A DNA stretch of 32,000 bases from NCBI RefSeq assembly GCF_000709555.1, contig NZ_CP006873.1, forward strand, positions 90,001 through 122,000. The letters are read 5' to 3'. The notes beneath the pieces are model-generated. The model did not search any database, was not told where the DNA came from, and saw nothing but the letters and a program-made list of their open reading frames with translations. This DNA comes from Candidatus Saccharimonadota bacterium. Lineage in GTDB: Bacteria > Bacteroidota > Bacteroidia > Flavobacteriales > Blattabacteriaceae. Made by a program: the position numbers and the translations under genes. Positions within the stretch are counted from its first letter, which is position 1, and every line of letters begins with the position of its first letter. Shown in pieces: positions 18,483-28,210 of this stretch.

Positions 18483-21400
18483 AAAAAATTCTGGTTATTG
18501 GTTCTGGGGCTTTGAAAATTGGAGAGGCAGGAGAATTTGATTATTCAGGAACACAAGCCTTAAAAGCAATTAAAGAAGAGGGAATAGAGACTATTTTAGT
18601 GAATCCTAATATCGCTACAGTGCAAACCTCTGAAGGTATAGCCGATAAAATTTATTTTCTTCCTATTTACCCAAAATTTATTAAAAAAGTCATCGAAAAA
18701 GAAAAACCTAGTGGACTTTTGTTATCCTTCGGAGGACAAACAGCATTAAATTGTGGCGTGAAACTGTTTGAAAAAGGTGTATTGAAAAAACATGTTCTAA
18801 AAGTTTTAGGTACTCCTATAGAGTCTATTATTGCTAGTGAAGATAGAGATATTTTTCGAGATAAACTCAATACTATGAATATCAAAACGGCTCGTGGTAT
18901 AGTGGTACATTCTCTGGAAGAAGCCTTTTCGGCCTCTGAAGAAATAGGCTTCCCTATAATTATAAGAACTTCTTATGCCTTAGGAGGACTGAGTAGTGGA
19001 TTTGCTCACGATAAAAAGGAATTGGCAACATTGATAGACATAGCTTTATCACATTCTTCACAAATCCTTATAGAAGAATCCCTGAAAGGTTGGAAGGAAA
19101 TAGAATATGAAGTCATGTGCGACCGATACGGAAATTGTATTACGGTATGCAATCTGGAAAATTTCGACCCCATTGGTATACATACAGGAGACAGCATAGT
19201 AGTAGCTCCTTCACAAACTCTTCCTAATTCTGAATATCAGAAACTTCGCACATTTTCTCTGTCTATTGCCCGTGCTTTTGGAATAATAGGAGAATGTAAT
19301 GTGCAGTTCGCTTTATCCCCAAATTCTGAGGATTATCGTCTTATTGAAATAAATGCAAGACTTTCTCGTTCAAGTGCTTTAGCTTCTAAAGCTACGGGAT
19401 ATCCAATAGCCTTTATAGCAGCAAAACTAGCCTTAGGCTATGGTTTACATGAATTAAAGAATTATGTTACCCAAACTACTTCTGCTTTTTTTGAACCGTC
19501 TCTTGATTATGTAGTGTGCAAATTTCCTCGTTGGGATTTAAAAAAATTCTCCCGATCATCTACCCAAATTGACAGTAGTATGAAAAGTGTGGGTGAAGTT
19601 ATGTCTATAGGAGGATCCTTTGAAGAAGCGTTCCAGAAAGGATTACGGATGCTTGATATAGGATTAGAAGGATTCATCAATCCTAAAAAAAAAAGATGAC
19701 ACTCTTGAAAAACGTCTTATAATTCCTACCGATCAGCGAGTAAAAGCGCTGGAAGCTGCTTTTGATGAAGGCTACACAGCAGAAAAACTTTATGATCTTA
19801 CACGTATTGATCTTTGGTTTCTTTACAAGCTTCGCAATATTCATCACACAAAAAAAATACTATCACGGTACAAAAAGTATGAAGATTTACCTAAAAATAT
19901 TTTTTATTTAGCCAAAAAGCAAGGATATTCAGATCGACAAATAGGAGCTATTCTTAGCCCTGACGAACATATGTCTATATCTTCTTCTATGGTTCGTAAT
20001 ATACGAAAAACTCTCAAAATTTTTCCTCACGTACGTCGTATAGACACTTTATCAGCTGAATATCCAGCATATACCAACTACTTGTATATGAGTTATCATG
20101 CTTATCGTCATGATATTGATTACGAAGGGGATGGACGGTCAGTAGTAGTTTTAGGATCTGGTGTGTATCGTATAGGTAGTAGTGTAGAATTTGATTGGTG
20201 TTGTGTGAACACATTAAAGGTTCTTCATTCTGAAGGTTATCGATCGATAATGATCAACTGTAATCCTGAAACTGTCAGTACAGATTTTGACGAATGTGAA
20301 AGATTATATTTTGAAGAACTCACTCTAGAACGTGTGCTAGATATTCTAGAACTAGAAACCCCGAAAGGGACGATTGTATCTATGGGAGGACAAATTTCCA
20401 ACAATCTTGCATTCCCACTCCATCAAAATAAGCAAAGAATTTTAGGAAGCTTAGCCACTTCTGTAGATGAAGTAGAAGACCGTTATAAGTTTTCCAAAGC
20501 TTTGGATATCCTAGGCATAGAACAACCTATGTGGAAAGAATTTTCTAAGATGAACGATATTCAGACCTTTATTAGAGAGGTCGGATATCCGATATTAATC
20601 CGACCATCGTATGTCCTATCAGGTTCAGGAATGAACGTAATTTTTAATGTAGAAGAACTTAGATACTTTTTTGATAAATTGGAGACGTCTGAACATTCAG
20701 TAGTGATAAGTAAATTTATAGAAAATGCTAAAGAAATAGAACTAGATGCTGTGGCTCATAAAGGTGATCTTATTTATCATGCCGTCTCCGAGCATATAGA
20801 ATTTGCTGGATTACATTCAGGAGATGCTACTTTAGTATATCCTCCGCAAAATATTTACTTATCTACGTTCCAAGAAATCGAACGTATTTCTAAACAAATT
20901 GCACAATATTTTCATATTTCAGGACCTTTTAATATACAGTTTATTTCTAAAAATAACCGAATTCAAGTAATAGAGTGCAATTTACGAGCTTCCAGAAGTT
21001 TTCCTTTTATTTCTAAAGTCTCTGGATTTAATATGATCCGATTAGCTACTGAAGTAATGTTAGGAAAACTCACGAATCCTTGTGGAATTTTTTTTTCTTT
21101 TAATTATATAGGTGTAAAAGTTTCGTACTTCTCCTTTTCACGTCTTCCAGGGACAGATCCTGTCCTAGGTGTAGATATGGTTTCTACAGGTGAAGTAGGT
21201 TGTTTGGGAAACAATTTTTATGAGTGCCTCATAAAAGCTATGTTGTCTGCTGGCTTTAGCGTCCCTGTCAAGCATCTTTTAATTTCAGGAGAAATTTCTT
21301 CTTTAAAAGAAGATTTTATTAATACTATTAAACTATTGGTGTATAAGGGATATAAACTGTTTTCGACAGAGGAGATATATCCATTTCTTATGGATTATGG

Positions 21401-21665
21401 TTTAACTTCAAAGCTATTGTCCTGGCCAGGTGTGCATCATTTCCCCAATGTCTTTGACTATCTTCGAAAGAAAAAAATTTATTTCATTATCAATATTCCT
21501 CATAACAAATATTCCGAAATAGATAATAACTATACTCTAAGACGCTCAGCAGTAGATTTCAATATTCCGCTTTTAACTAATACTAGTTTAGCTAAAGCCT
21601 TTATAAGAGCTTTCTGTAAAGAAGAACTAACTATAGCAGAATGGAAAAGTTATCTAACAGTATGA
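18479..21665 (+). CDS. carB: Carbamoyl-phosphate synthase large subunit, one gene split into two ORFs by a +1 frameshift inside an A10 tract
   Basis: ORF 18479-19699 holds ATP-grasp 1 ([22 protein letters not shown]...). Read one nucleotide forward from the A-run, the frame continues without stops. It reads [46 protein letters not shown]...[12 protein letters not shown]...[21 protein letters not shown], which is the oligomerisation domain. That frame joins ORF 19971-21665 (ATP-grasp 2 plus the MGS-like tail). After the correction the gene is about 1061 codons, the normal CarB size. Confidence 0.9.
19685..19694 (+). repeat. A10 homopolymer at the carB frameshift site
   Basis: The sequence is cct-aaaaaaaaaa-gatgac. 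With 10 A the frame hits TGA at 19697-19699. With 9 A the frame reads [10 protein letters not shown]... and stays open to 21665. Confidence 0.95.
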
Positions 21666-22625
21666 ACCGATTTTTTAGTGTTCAAGATATTCCTAATGTC
21701 CCTGTTTTGGTAAAGGAGGCATTATCTCTTAAAAAAGCTCCTTATATAGAACTTGTCAAAAAAAAATAAGATTATAGGATTAGTATTTTTTAATCCAAGC
21801 TTGAGAACACGGTTGAGCAGTCAAAAAGCTGCTTTTCACCTAGGTTGCGATACTTGGACACTAAATATAGATCATGATTCTTGGAAAATAGAGATGAATG
21901 ATGGTGACGTTATGGACCGTCACTCCCAAGAACATATAAAAGAAGCCGTTGGAGTGATGAGTTTATATTGCGATATATTAGGTGTTCGAACCTTTCCTGG
22001 ACTAAAAAATAGAGATTCTGATTATAAAGAAATTCTTTTTAAGAATATAGAAAATTATTCTCACGTTCCGATAGTTAATTTAGAAAGTGCTACACGTCAT
22101 CCCTTGCAATCTTTAGCTGATGCTATGACCATTGAAGAGTGTCGTGTTCCTGGAAACCCGATAAAAGTAGTACTTAGTTGGGCCCCTCATCCTAAAGCTT
22201 TACCACATTCTGTGCCTAATTCTTTTATAGAATGGATTTCCAAATTACCTAATACTGATCTAATAATTACTCATCCTATTGGATATGAGCTTGATAAAGA
22301 AATTACTAAAAATACAAATATTCTTTATAATCAAGAAGAAGCCTTAAAGTATGCAGATTTTATTTATGCCAAAAATTGGAGCAGTTATACCTATTACGGG
22401 AAGATTCTATGTGATGACACTAGATGGATGATTACTTGTGAGAAGATGGACCTTACTAATAAGGCAAAATTTATGCATTGCCTCCCCATCAGACGTAATG
22501 TAGTAGCTGAAGACGCTGTTCTAGATTCCTATATTTCTTTGATTTTTCAAGAGGCTGAAAATAGGATCTTCGCTTCTAAGGCTATTTTCAAAAGGATATT
22601 GAACGCATCATCATGTTGCATATAG
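21662..22625 (+). CDS. argF': N-acyl (acetyl/succinyl)-L-ornithine carbamoyltransferase, interrupted by a +1 frameshift inside an A9 tract
   Basis: ATG 21662 (ATGA overlap with the carB stop) gives [35 protein letters not shown], the family N-terminus. ORF 21753-22625 continues as KIIGLVFFNPSLRTRLS..., HPLQSLAD and HCLP in the frame one nucleotide forward. Removing one A joins them with no other lesion. Confidence 0.85.
21758..21766 (+). repeat. A9 homopolymer at the argF' frameshift site
   Basis: The sequence is gtc-aaaaaaaaa-taag. With 9 A the first frame ends at TAA 21767-21769. With 8 A it reads ELVKKNKIIGLVFFNPSLRTR. Confidence 0.95.
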
Positions 22626-23386
22626 TTAAAATAGGAGGAAAAATTATTGATGATAAAGCTTTATTAAATCCCTCTCTTGAAAATTTTCATGCATTGAATG
22701 GTCCTAAAATTTTGGTCCATGGAGGAGGAAAATCTGCTAATTTCCTTTCTCATAAGATGGGACTACGGACACAAATAATAGAAGGCCGAAGAATTACAAA
22801 TCGTACCACTATAAATGTGGTAGTGATGAGTTATGCTGGTCTTACAAACAAGACTTTGGTAGCACGTTTACAAGCAATAGGCTGTAATACTATAGGACTT
22901 TCTGGGGCTGATGGAAATCTCATTCGTTCTAATCGAAGACCTGTAAAAAGTATAGATTATGGATATGTAGGTGATTTATATGAAAAAAGTATTAATATCT
23001 ATAATCTTTCGACTCTTATGAAAGTTGGTTTTGTCCCTGTATTTTGTGCTATTACTCATGATGGTAAAGGAAATTTGTTAAATACTAATGCCGATGCTAT
23101 AGCTTCATTTTTAGCTATTTCTTTGTCTAAGACCCATAAAACAGTTTTACATTTTTGCTTAGAAAAAAAAGGTGTCCTCCGTAAGTCTAATGAGGAAGAT
23201 TCTTTTTTAGAAAAAATGAATGTTGATGACTTTAGAAAATTTAAACAAGAAAATCTCATTACAGGAGGAATGATTACGAAATTAGAAAATGCCTTTGAAG
23301 CCTTGCAAAAAGGAGTGAATCAAGTAAACATAGGTCATCCTTACTATTTGAATAAATCTAAGGAGAAAACAATTCTTTGTTTATAA
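22613..23386 (+). CDS. argB: Acetylglutamate kinase
   Basis: 257-aa ORF with MLHIVKIGGKIIDD, ILVHGGG and LLNTNADAIAS. It overlaps the argF' 3' end by 13 nt. Confidence 0.9.
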   Translation: MLHIVKIGGKIIDDKALLNPSLENFHALNGPKILVHGGGKSANFLSHKMGLRTQIIEGRRITNRTTINVVVMSYAGLTNKTLVARLQAIGCNTIGLSGADGNLIRSNRRPVKSIDYGYVGDLYEKSINIYNLSTLMKVGFVPVFCAITHDGKGNLLNTNADAIASFLAISLSKTHKTVLHFCLEKKGVLRKSNEEDSFLEKMNVDDFRKFKQENLITGGMITKLENAFEALQKGVNQVNIGHPYYLNKSKEKTILCL

Positions 23387-23402
23387 ATTTATTGAAACCT
23401 AA

Positions 23403-23718
23403 ATGTATGATACAAGAAATAAAAGATAACAGGCATCCCTTCTGATTGCTTCTAAAAAACTATCTCTAGTATATTTCTGGGCTCCTTGGTGTAACTCATG
23501 TAAATCTTTAGCTCCTTTCATAGAAGAGATCTCAGAAAAGTATGATGGAAAAGTTTTAATAATAAAAATAAATGTAAATGATAATACAAAAACTGTTTAT
23601 GAACATGGAATAAAAAGTATTCCTACATTAATATGTTTTAAAAATGGAAAAGAAATATGCAGGAGTGAATTCTCAAAATCCTTTAACTAAGGAATTAGAT
23701 AAATTAATTTGTAAGTAG
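23403..23718 (+). pseudogene. trx: Thioredoxin pseudogene (in-frame TAA at codon 9 plus a C-terminal frameshift)
   Basis: The translation is MYDTRNKR*QASLLIASKKLSLVYFWAPWCNSCKSLAPFIEEISEKYDGKVLIIKINVNDNTKTVYEHGIKSIPTLICFKNGKEICRSEF. The expected C-terminus, NSQNPLTKELDKLICK*, is found only in the frame one nucleotide forward. No ATG/GTG/TTG lies between the TAA and the WCxxC motif. The motif is WCNSC rather than the canonical WCGPC. Confidence 0.8.
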
Positions 23719-23792
23719 GGTCTGGTAGTTCAGCTGGTTAGAATACGTGCCTGTCACGCATGTGGTCACGGGTTCAAGTCCCGTCCAGATCG
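23719..23792 (+). tRNA. tRNA-Asp (anticodon GUC)
   Basis: The sequence folds by hand as GGTCTGG-TA-GTTC-AGCTGGTTA-GAAT-A-CGTGC-CTGTCAC-GCATG-TGGTC-ACGGG-TTCAAGT-CCCGT-CCAGATC-G. It forms a cloverleaf with a 7-bp acceptor stem (one G-U pair), a GTC anticodon and a TTCAAGT T-loop. It closely resembles E. coli tRNA-Asp. CCA is not encoded. Confidence 0.95.
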
Positions 23793-23868
23793 CTAATCGT
23801 CATTGTGAAATAAAGACGACTGTTTTTATTTTTTATTAGACTGCAAGCTATTATAGAGAGTTCTCTGC

Positions 23869-24777
23869 TTAAACTTTCCTCCAGTCCGTAAAGGAAGGTC
23901 TTTTGAAACTGTTGTCGAAATGCGTGGTGGTTTCGTGTAAATGCAGCTTCTCTGTTACTTTCCCAGGCTCTCGCCCTTTAAAAGTATGGGAAATTCTGTA
24001 AAATTCGGAGGTCTGCTTCAAAAAGCTCAAAACAATCTTCACAATCAAATTATGGTAAGAAGAACTCGTGCTAACGTAGAAAGTTTCTTTATGATTACCA
24101 TTCTACTGATCATTGTGGAGACAACAATAAGCGGGGTATTCATTCTATCTCGGTGCAGTAATATTCATTGATAGATCGTTCACAACAAATAGATGCAGGG
24201 TCGTGAGGCAGAATATTAAAAATCCTAGAAGTAATCGTTTATGAATTACAAGTGCTTAATTCCTCAGTCCTTTAAACATAGGACAAATATTTTAAGATTT
24301 CGTTAAGATCGCCAACCTTAATTTACCTGTGAAATGTCTTTCGGAGTCCGGGAAGATATTTTCTTTTCTTTTCTTTTTGAAGAACTCATATCATATCTTT
24401 TCGATATTCAATTGAATACTCCTTTCCTTCGTATTCCCTATCGGACACCGCTTTGTAATGAGGATTCTCTGCAATTCCAGGTCGTACACAGGGTAAGACG
24501 TCCACGACTTTCTGGAAAAACTAAACAACTAGGAGAATTGCGCCTTGAAATGGTGACGGGAAATAATGGATACAGCTCCTTTGTTAAACCTTAAAAAGTC
24601 CGTAAAAGAGGTGCTATAAGAATTCATAAAAGAGAGGAAAAGTTTTAAATATGGTGCTCTTGTATTATTCGGGTAGGAAAATCTCATCGCTTTTCCAATA
24701 TTATGATAGATAGCCCATCAAAATTGAATAAGACACAATTATCTGAACTCGGATTTATATAGACCTAGTTTAAACAT
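23869..24777 (-). pseudogene. icd: Decayed isocitrate dehydrogenase-like gene (beta-decarboxylating dehydrogenase family; icd favoured over leuB)
   Basis: Minus-strand translation gives collinear islands in shifting frames matching remembered E. coli Icd blocks. They are VLFNFDGLSII (cf. PYIEGDGIG), TSFTDFLRFNKGAVSII (cf. [20 protein letters not shown]) and QGAILLVV*FFQKVVDVLPCVRPGIAENPHYK (cf. [24 protein letters not shown]...SPVK). They continue with SDREYEGKEYSIEY (24386-24520 block, cf. FRENSEDIYAGIEW), KENIFPDSE (cf. KKIRFPEH), ALVIHK (cf. TLVHKG) and ILPHDP...INEYY (cf. ILLRPAEYDV...NLNGDY). The two plus-strand track ORFs here are antisense to this fossil. Confidence 0.45.
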
Positions 24778-24825
24778 CAGATCCGGTCTCTTTTTCTTGA
24801 AGCTCTTGTAAAAGAATTATCAGTT

Positions 24826-27249
24826 ATGAAAGTTCTCAAGTTTGGTGGAACTTCTGTTGGAAATCCTCATGCTATAGAACAAGTATGTGATATCATAAAA
24901 AATAATAATTTACAAGATCGTTGTGCTATAATAGTTTCTGCTGTCGGAAACACCACTGATATGCTAGTAAAATGTGGTCAACTTGCCTATCATAAAAATG
25001 AAAAATATAGGTATTTTATTGAAGAAATAGAAATCCAACATTTGAACATTATACGAGCATTGTTTCCTTCCCAAAGTAATTTTATTAGTAGTATAAAAAA
25101 ACGTCTTAATTTTTTAGAAATTTTTTGTGACAGTATTTTTCATGTCATGGAACTTTCAAAACGTTCCCTTGATAGGATTATGAGTTTGGGAGAGCTCATT
25201 TCTTCTTATCTTTTTTATGAAAAAATAAAGGAATACGGGTTTAAAACCATTTGGAAAGATAGTCAAGAACTCATAGTTACTGATGAACGATATGGTTGTG
25301 CGCAGGTAGATATTATAAAGAGTTATAAAAAGATTCAATATTTTTTTTCTATCGAATCTGCTCCATATGCCATATTACCAGGATTTATTGCATCTTCTCC
25401 TCGTAAAGAAGTTACAACGCTAGGACGTGGAGGATCAGATTATAGCGCTGCTATTATTGCAGCAGCTTTAAAAGCAGAAGTATTGGAAATATGGACTGAT
25501 GTTAGCGGTATCATGACAGCTGATCCACGGATAGTTTTGCAAGCTTTTCCTATTGAAAATCTGTTTTATGAAGAAGCTATAGAGCTTTCTAATTTAGGGG
25601 CTAAGGTTATTTATCCACCTACGTTACACCCAGTCATAGAAAAACAAATTCCGATTTTGGTTAAAAATACTTTTTCTCCATCAGAAAAAGGCACCAGAAT
25701 AAATAACGCCCCATGTTTTAAACATTCAGTTACAGGAATTTCAGTAAAGAAAAATATGACAATGATCACCCTTAAAGGCATAGGGATGATAAATATATTG
25801 AATTATTTAAAACGTCTATTTACAGTTTTGTCTCGTGAAAAAATTCAGGTACTCTTTTTTAGTACTTCAGAGCATTCCATTCTCCTGGGGATAGAAGAAT
25901 CTGAGGTAATGCAAATAAAAAATAGTATAAACAATGAATTTTCTCAAGAGATTGATAAGAAGTATTTATTTCCAGTATTAGTAGAGCAAGATTTATCTAT
26001 TATAACTGTTATTGGAGATAAGACAAAAAATATGCATAGGACTTCTGCTAGAATGTTTATCACATTATCCAAAAACAATATTTACATACGGGATTTAGCA
26101 TATAATGTTTCTAAAAAAAATATGTCAGCAGTCATAAAGAACAGTGATTTTAAAAAGGCATTAAATGTCCTTCATGAAACTTTTTTTGAAATCCCTCCTA
26201 AGCCAATCAATCTGTTTGTTGCCGGGATCGGAAAAGTAGGCAGAAAACTTTTAGAACATATTTCCATCCAAAAAACTTACCTTATAAAAGAACTTCAGAT
26301 TCAAGTTATGGGTCTTTGCAATAGTAAAACTATGTATTTTGAAGAGCAAGGTATCGATGTGAAAAACTGGAAAAAAAATCTAGAATCTGGTAATAGGATG
26401 AGACTTCACAGATTTATTGAAAAAATTCATCTAATGAATATGCATAATAGTATTTTTATAGATGCTACCGATAGTCAAGATGTAGCGAGAACTTATGATA
26501 AGTTATTTGTAAAAGGAATTGGGGTCATCACTTGTAATAAAATCGCGTGTTCTTCTTCTTACAAAGATTATAAAAATCTTAAAAAGATAGCACGATATTT
26601 TAAAGTCCCTTTTTTTTTAGAAACAAATGTAGGGGCAGGATTACCTATCATTAGTACTCTGAATGATTTATTGAATAGTGGAGATAAAATTCATTTAATA
26701 GAGGCGGTATTGTCAGGTAGTATTAATTTTATTTTTAATCACTTCAAGTCAGGTCGTACTTTTTCAGAAACGGTTAGAGAAGCACAGAAAAGAGGATATA
26801 CTGAACCTGACCCTCGCATTGATTTAAGTGGCATAGATGTAATGAGAAAAATACTCATTTTAGTTAGAGAATGTGGAGACTCAATGGAGTTGTCCCAAAT
26901 TAGACAAAAACCTTTCCTACCTGAGGAATGTGTAAAAGCTAATAACGTTGAATCCTTTTATGAAAAACTATCCCAATATGAAAACTATTTCGGAAGACTT
27001 CGTGAAGAAGCTAAAAATAAAGGGAAAAAATTACGATTTATGGCAAAATATGAAAAAGGCAACGCTAATGTTGAACTTAAATCCATAGGACCTGAACATC
27101 CTTTTTATCAATTGGAAGGGGATGATAATATTATTCTTTACAAGACACAGCGTTACTACGAACAACCCCTTATTATTAAGGGTGCCGGTGCTGGGGCTGA
27201 AGTGACTGCTTCAGGGATTTTATCAGATATCATAAAGGCGTCTAGATAA
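24826..27249 (+). CDS. thrA: Bifunctional aspartokinase / homoserine dehydrogenase
   Basis: 807-aa ORF. The N-terminus is MKVLKFGGTSVGN, followed by TLGRGGSDYSAA and WTDVSGIMTADPR (aspartokinase) and ACT-like middle domains. The C-terminal homoserine dehydrogenase part has VAGIGKVGRKL, GAGLPII and GYTEPDPRIDLSG. Confidence 0.95.
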   Translation: MKVLKFGGTSVGNPHAIEQVCDIIKNNNLQDRCAIIVSAVGNTTDMLVKCGQLAYHKNEKYRYFIEEIEIQHLNIIRALFPSQSNFISSIKKRLNFLEIFCDSIFHVMELSKRSLDRIMSLGELISSYLFYEKIKEYGFKTIWKDSQELIVTDERYGCAQVDIIKSYKKIQYFFSIESAPYAILPGFIASSPRKEVTTLGRGGSDYSAAIIAAALKAEVLEIWTDVSGIMTADPRIVLQAFPIENLFYEEAIELSNLGAKVIYPPTLHPVIEKQIPILVKNTFSPSEKGTRINNAPCFKHSVTGISVKKNMTMITLKGIGMINILNYLKRLFTVLSREKIQVLFFSTSEHSILLGIEESEVMQIKNSINNEFSQEIDKKYLFPVLVEQDLSIITVIGDKTKNMHRTSARMFITLSKNNIYIRDLAYNVSKKNMSAVIKNSDFKKALNVLHETFFEIPPKPINLFVAGIGKVGRKLLEHISIQKTYLIKELQIQVMGLCNSKTMYFEEQGIDVKNWKKNLESGNRMRLHRFIEKIHLMNMHNSIFIDATDSQDVARTYDKLFVKGIGVITCNKIACSSSYKDYKNLKKIARYFKVPFFLETNVGAGLPIISTLNDLLNSGDKIHLIEAVLSGSINFIFNHFKSGRTFSETVREAQKRGYTEPDPRIDLSGIDVMRKILILVRECGDSMELSQIRQKPFLPEECVKANNVESFYEKLSQYENYFGRLREEAKNKGKKLRFMAKYEKGNANVELKSIGPEHPFYQLEGDDNIILYKTQRYYEQPLIIKGAGAGAEVTASGILSDIIKASR

Positions 27250-27253
27250 AATC

Positions 27254-28195
27254 ATGCAAAAAAATGCCATAAAAATATTTTCTCCAGCTACTATTGCTAA
27301 TGTTTCTTGCGGATTCGATGTTATTGGTATGGCATTAGAAAGACCCGTTGATGAAATTATCTTAAGAAAATCATCCCATTCTGGGATCCGTATTCTTAAT
27401 ATACATGGAGCCAGACTTTCGACCCGACCGGATAAAAATGTAGTTGGGGTAGTTCTCTATACCATGTTAAATCAGCTTCCTAACATCAAATATGGGTTAG
27501 AAGTAGAAATCTTTAAGAATATCCAGCCTGGAAGTGGCATTGGTTCTAGTGCTGCTAGTGCTGCCGGAGCAGCCGTGGGGGCTAACCTTTTGCTAGGAGA
27601 TCGTTTTACCACAACTGAACTTGTCAAGATTGCCATGGAAGGAGAAAGATTCGCCAGTGGAATTGCACATGCAGATAATGTAGCCCCAGCAATCATGGGC
27701 GGATTTACTCTTGTAAGAAGTTATCATCCTCTAGATCTAGTTGAACTGCACGTACCAAAAAATTTGTGGGCAACCGTACTTCATCCTAAGATAGAAATTA
27801 AAACTTCTGAAGCAAGAGAAATACTTAAAAAAAAAGTCCTAATGAGTGATGCTATTAAGCAATGGGGTAATGTAGGAGCACTTATAGCAGGGCTTTATCA
27901 GGAAAATTATGAACTTATTAGCCGATCTCTGGAAGATGTCATTGTTGAACCAGTACGGTCTATACTTATTCCGTCTTTTTACAAGCTGAAAATGGAATGT
28001 AAAAAAGCAGGGGCCCTTGGAGGAAGTATTTCTGGTTCAGGTCCATCAGTATTTATGCTAAGTTGTGGTAAAGCAAAAGCCCAATACGTAGCTAAGTGCA
28101 TGGATGAGATATATGCAAAATTAGGAATAGATTATACCATCTATGTTTCTCCCATTAATTCTCAAGGAATACAATGGGAATGGATCACAGAATAA
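27254..28195 (+). CDS. thrB: Homoserine kinase
   Basis: 313-aa ORF with FSPATIANVSCGFD and the GHMP kinase motif PGSGIGSSAASAAGA. Confidence 0.95.
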   Translation: MQKNAIKIFSPATIANVSCGFDVIGMALERPVDEIILRKSSHSGIRILNIHGARLSTRPDKNVVGVVLYTMLNQLPNIKYGLEVEIFKNIQPGSGIGSSAASAAGAAVGANLLLGDRFTTTELVKIAMEGERFASGIAHADNVAPAIMGGFTLVRSYHPLDLVELHVPKNLWATVLHPKIEIKTSEAREILKKKVLMSDAIKQWGNVGALIAGLYQENYELISRSLEDVIVEPVRSILIPSFYKLKMECKKAGALGGSISGSGPSVFMLSCGKAKAQYVAKCMDEIYAKLGIDYTIYVSPINSQGIQWEWITE

Positions 28196-28210
28196 AAATT
28201 TAAGAAAATA

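Noticed and set aside
23797-23832. A hairpin tcgtc-(13 nt)-gacga followed by a T-rich run after tRNA-Asp, as a possible rho-independent terminator.
   Set aside because: The 5-bp AT-containing stem with a large loop would be very weak. T-runs are ubiquitous in this AT-rich sequence, so it is not reported as a feature.
23941-24594. Plus-strand ORFs 23941-24171 (76 aa) and 24334-24594 (86 aa) as possible novel small proteins. One contains a GGLLQKAQ string faintly reminiscent of YbaB.
   Set aside because: The rest of each ORF has no family-like features. The composition is odd (Cys/Arg/Phe-rich). The opposite strand carries a collinear icd-like fossil that explains the open frames as antisense artefacts.
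24755-24800. An inverted repeat agacc...ggtct followed by ctttttctt just upstream of thrA, as a possible attenuator or terminator.
   Set aside because: The stem is only 5 bp with a loop of about 18 nt. It lies inside the presumed 5' end of the icd fossil. There is no leader peptide or alternative pairing, so the evidence is insufficient.
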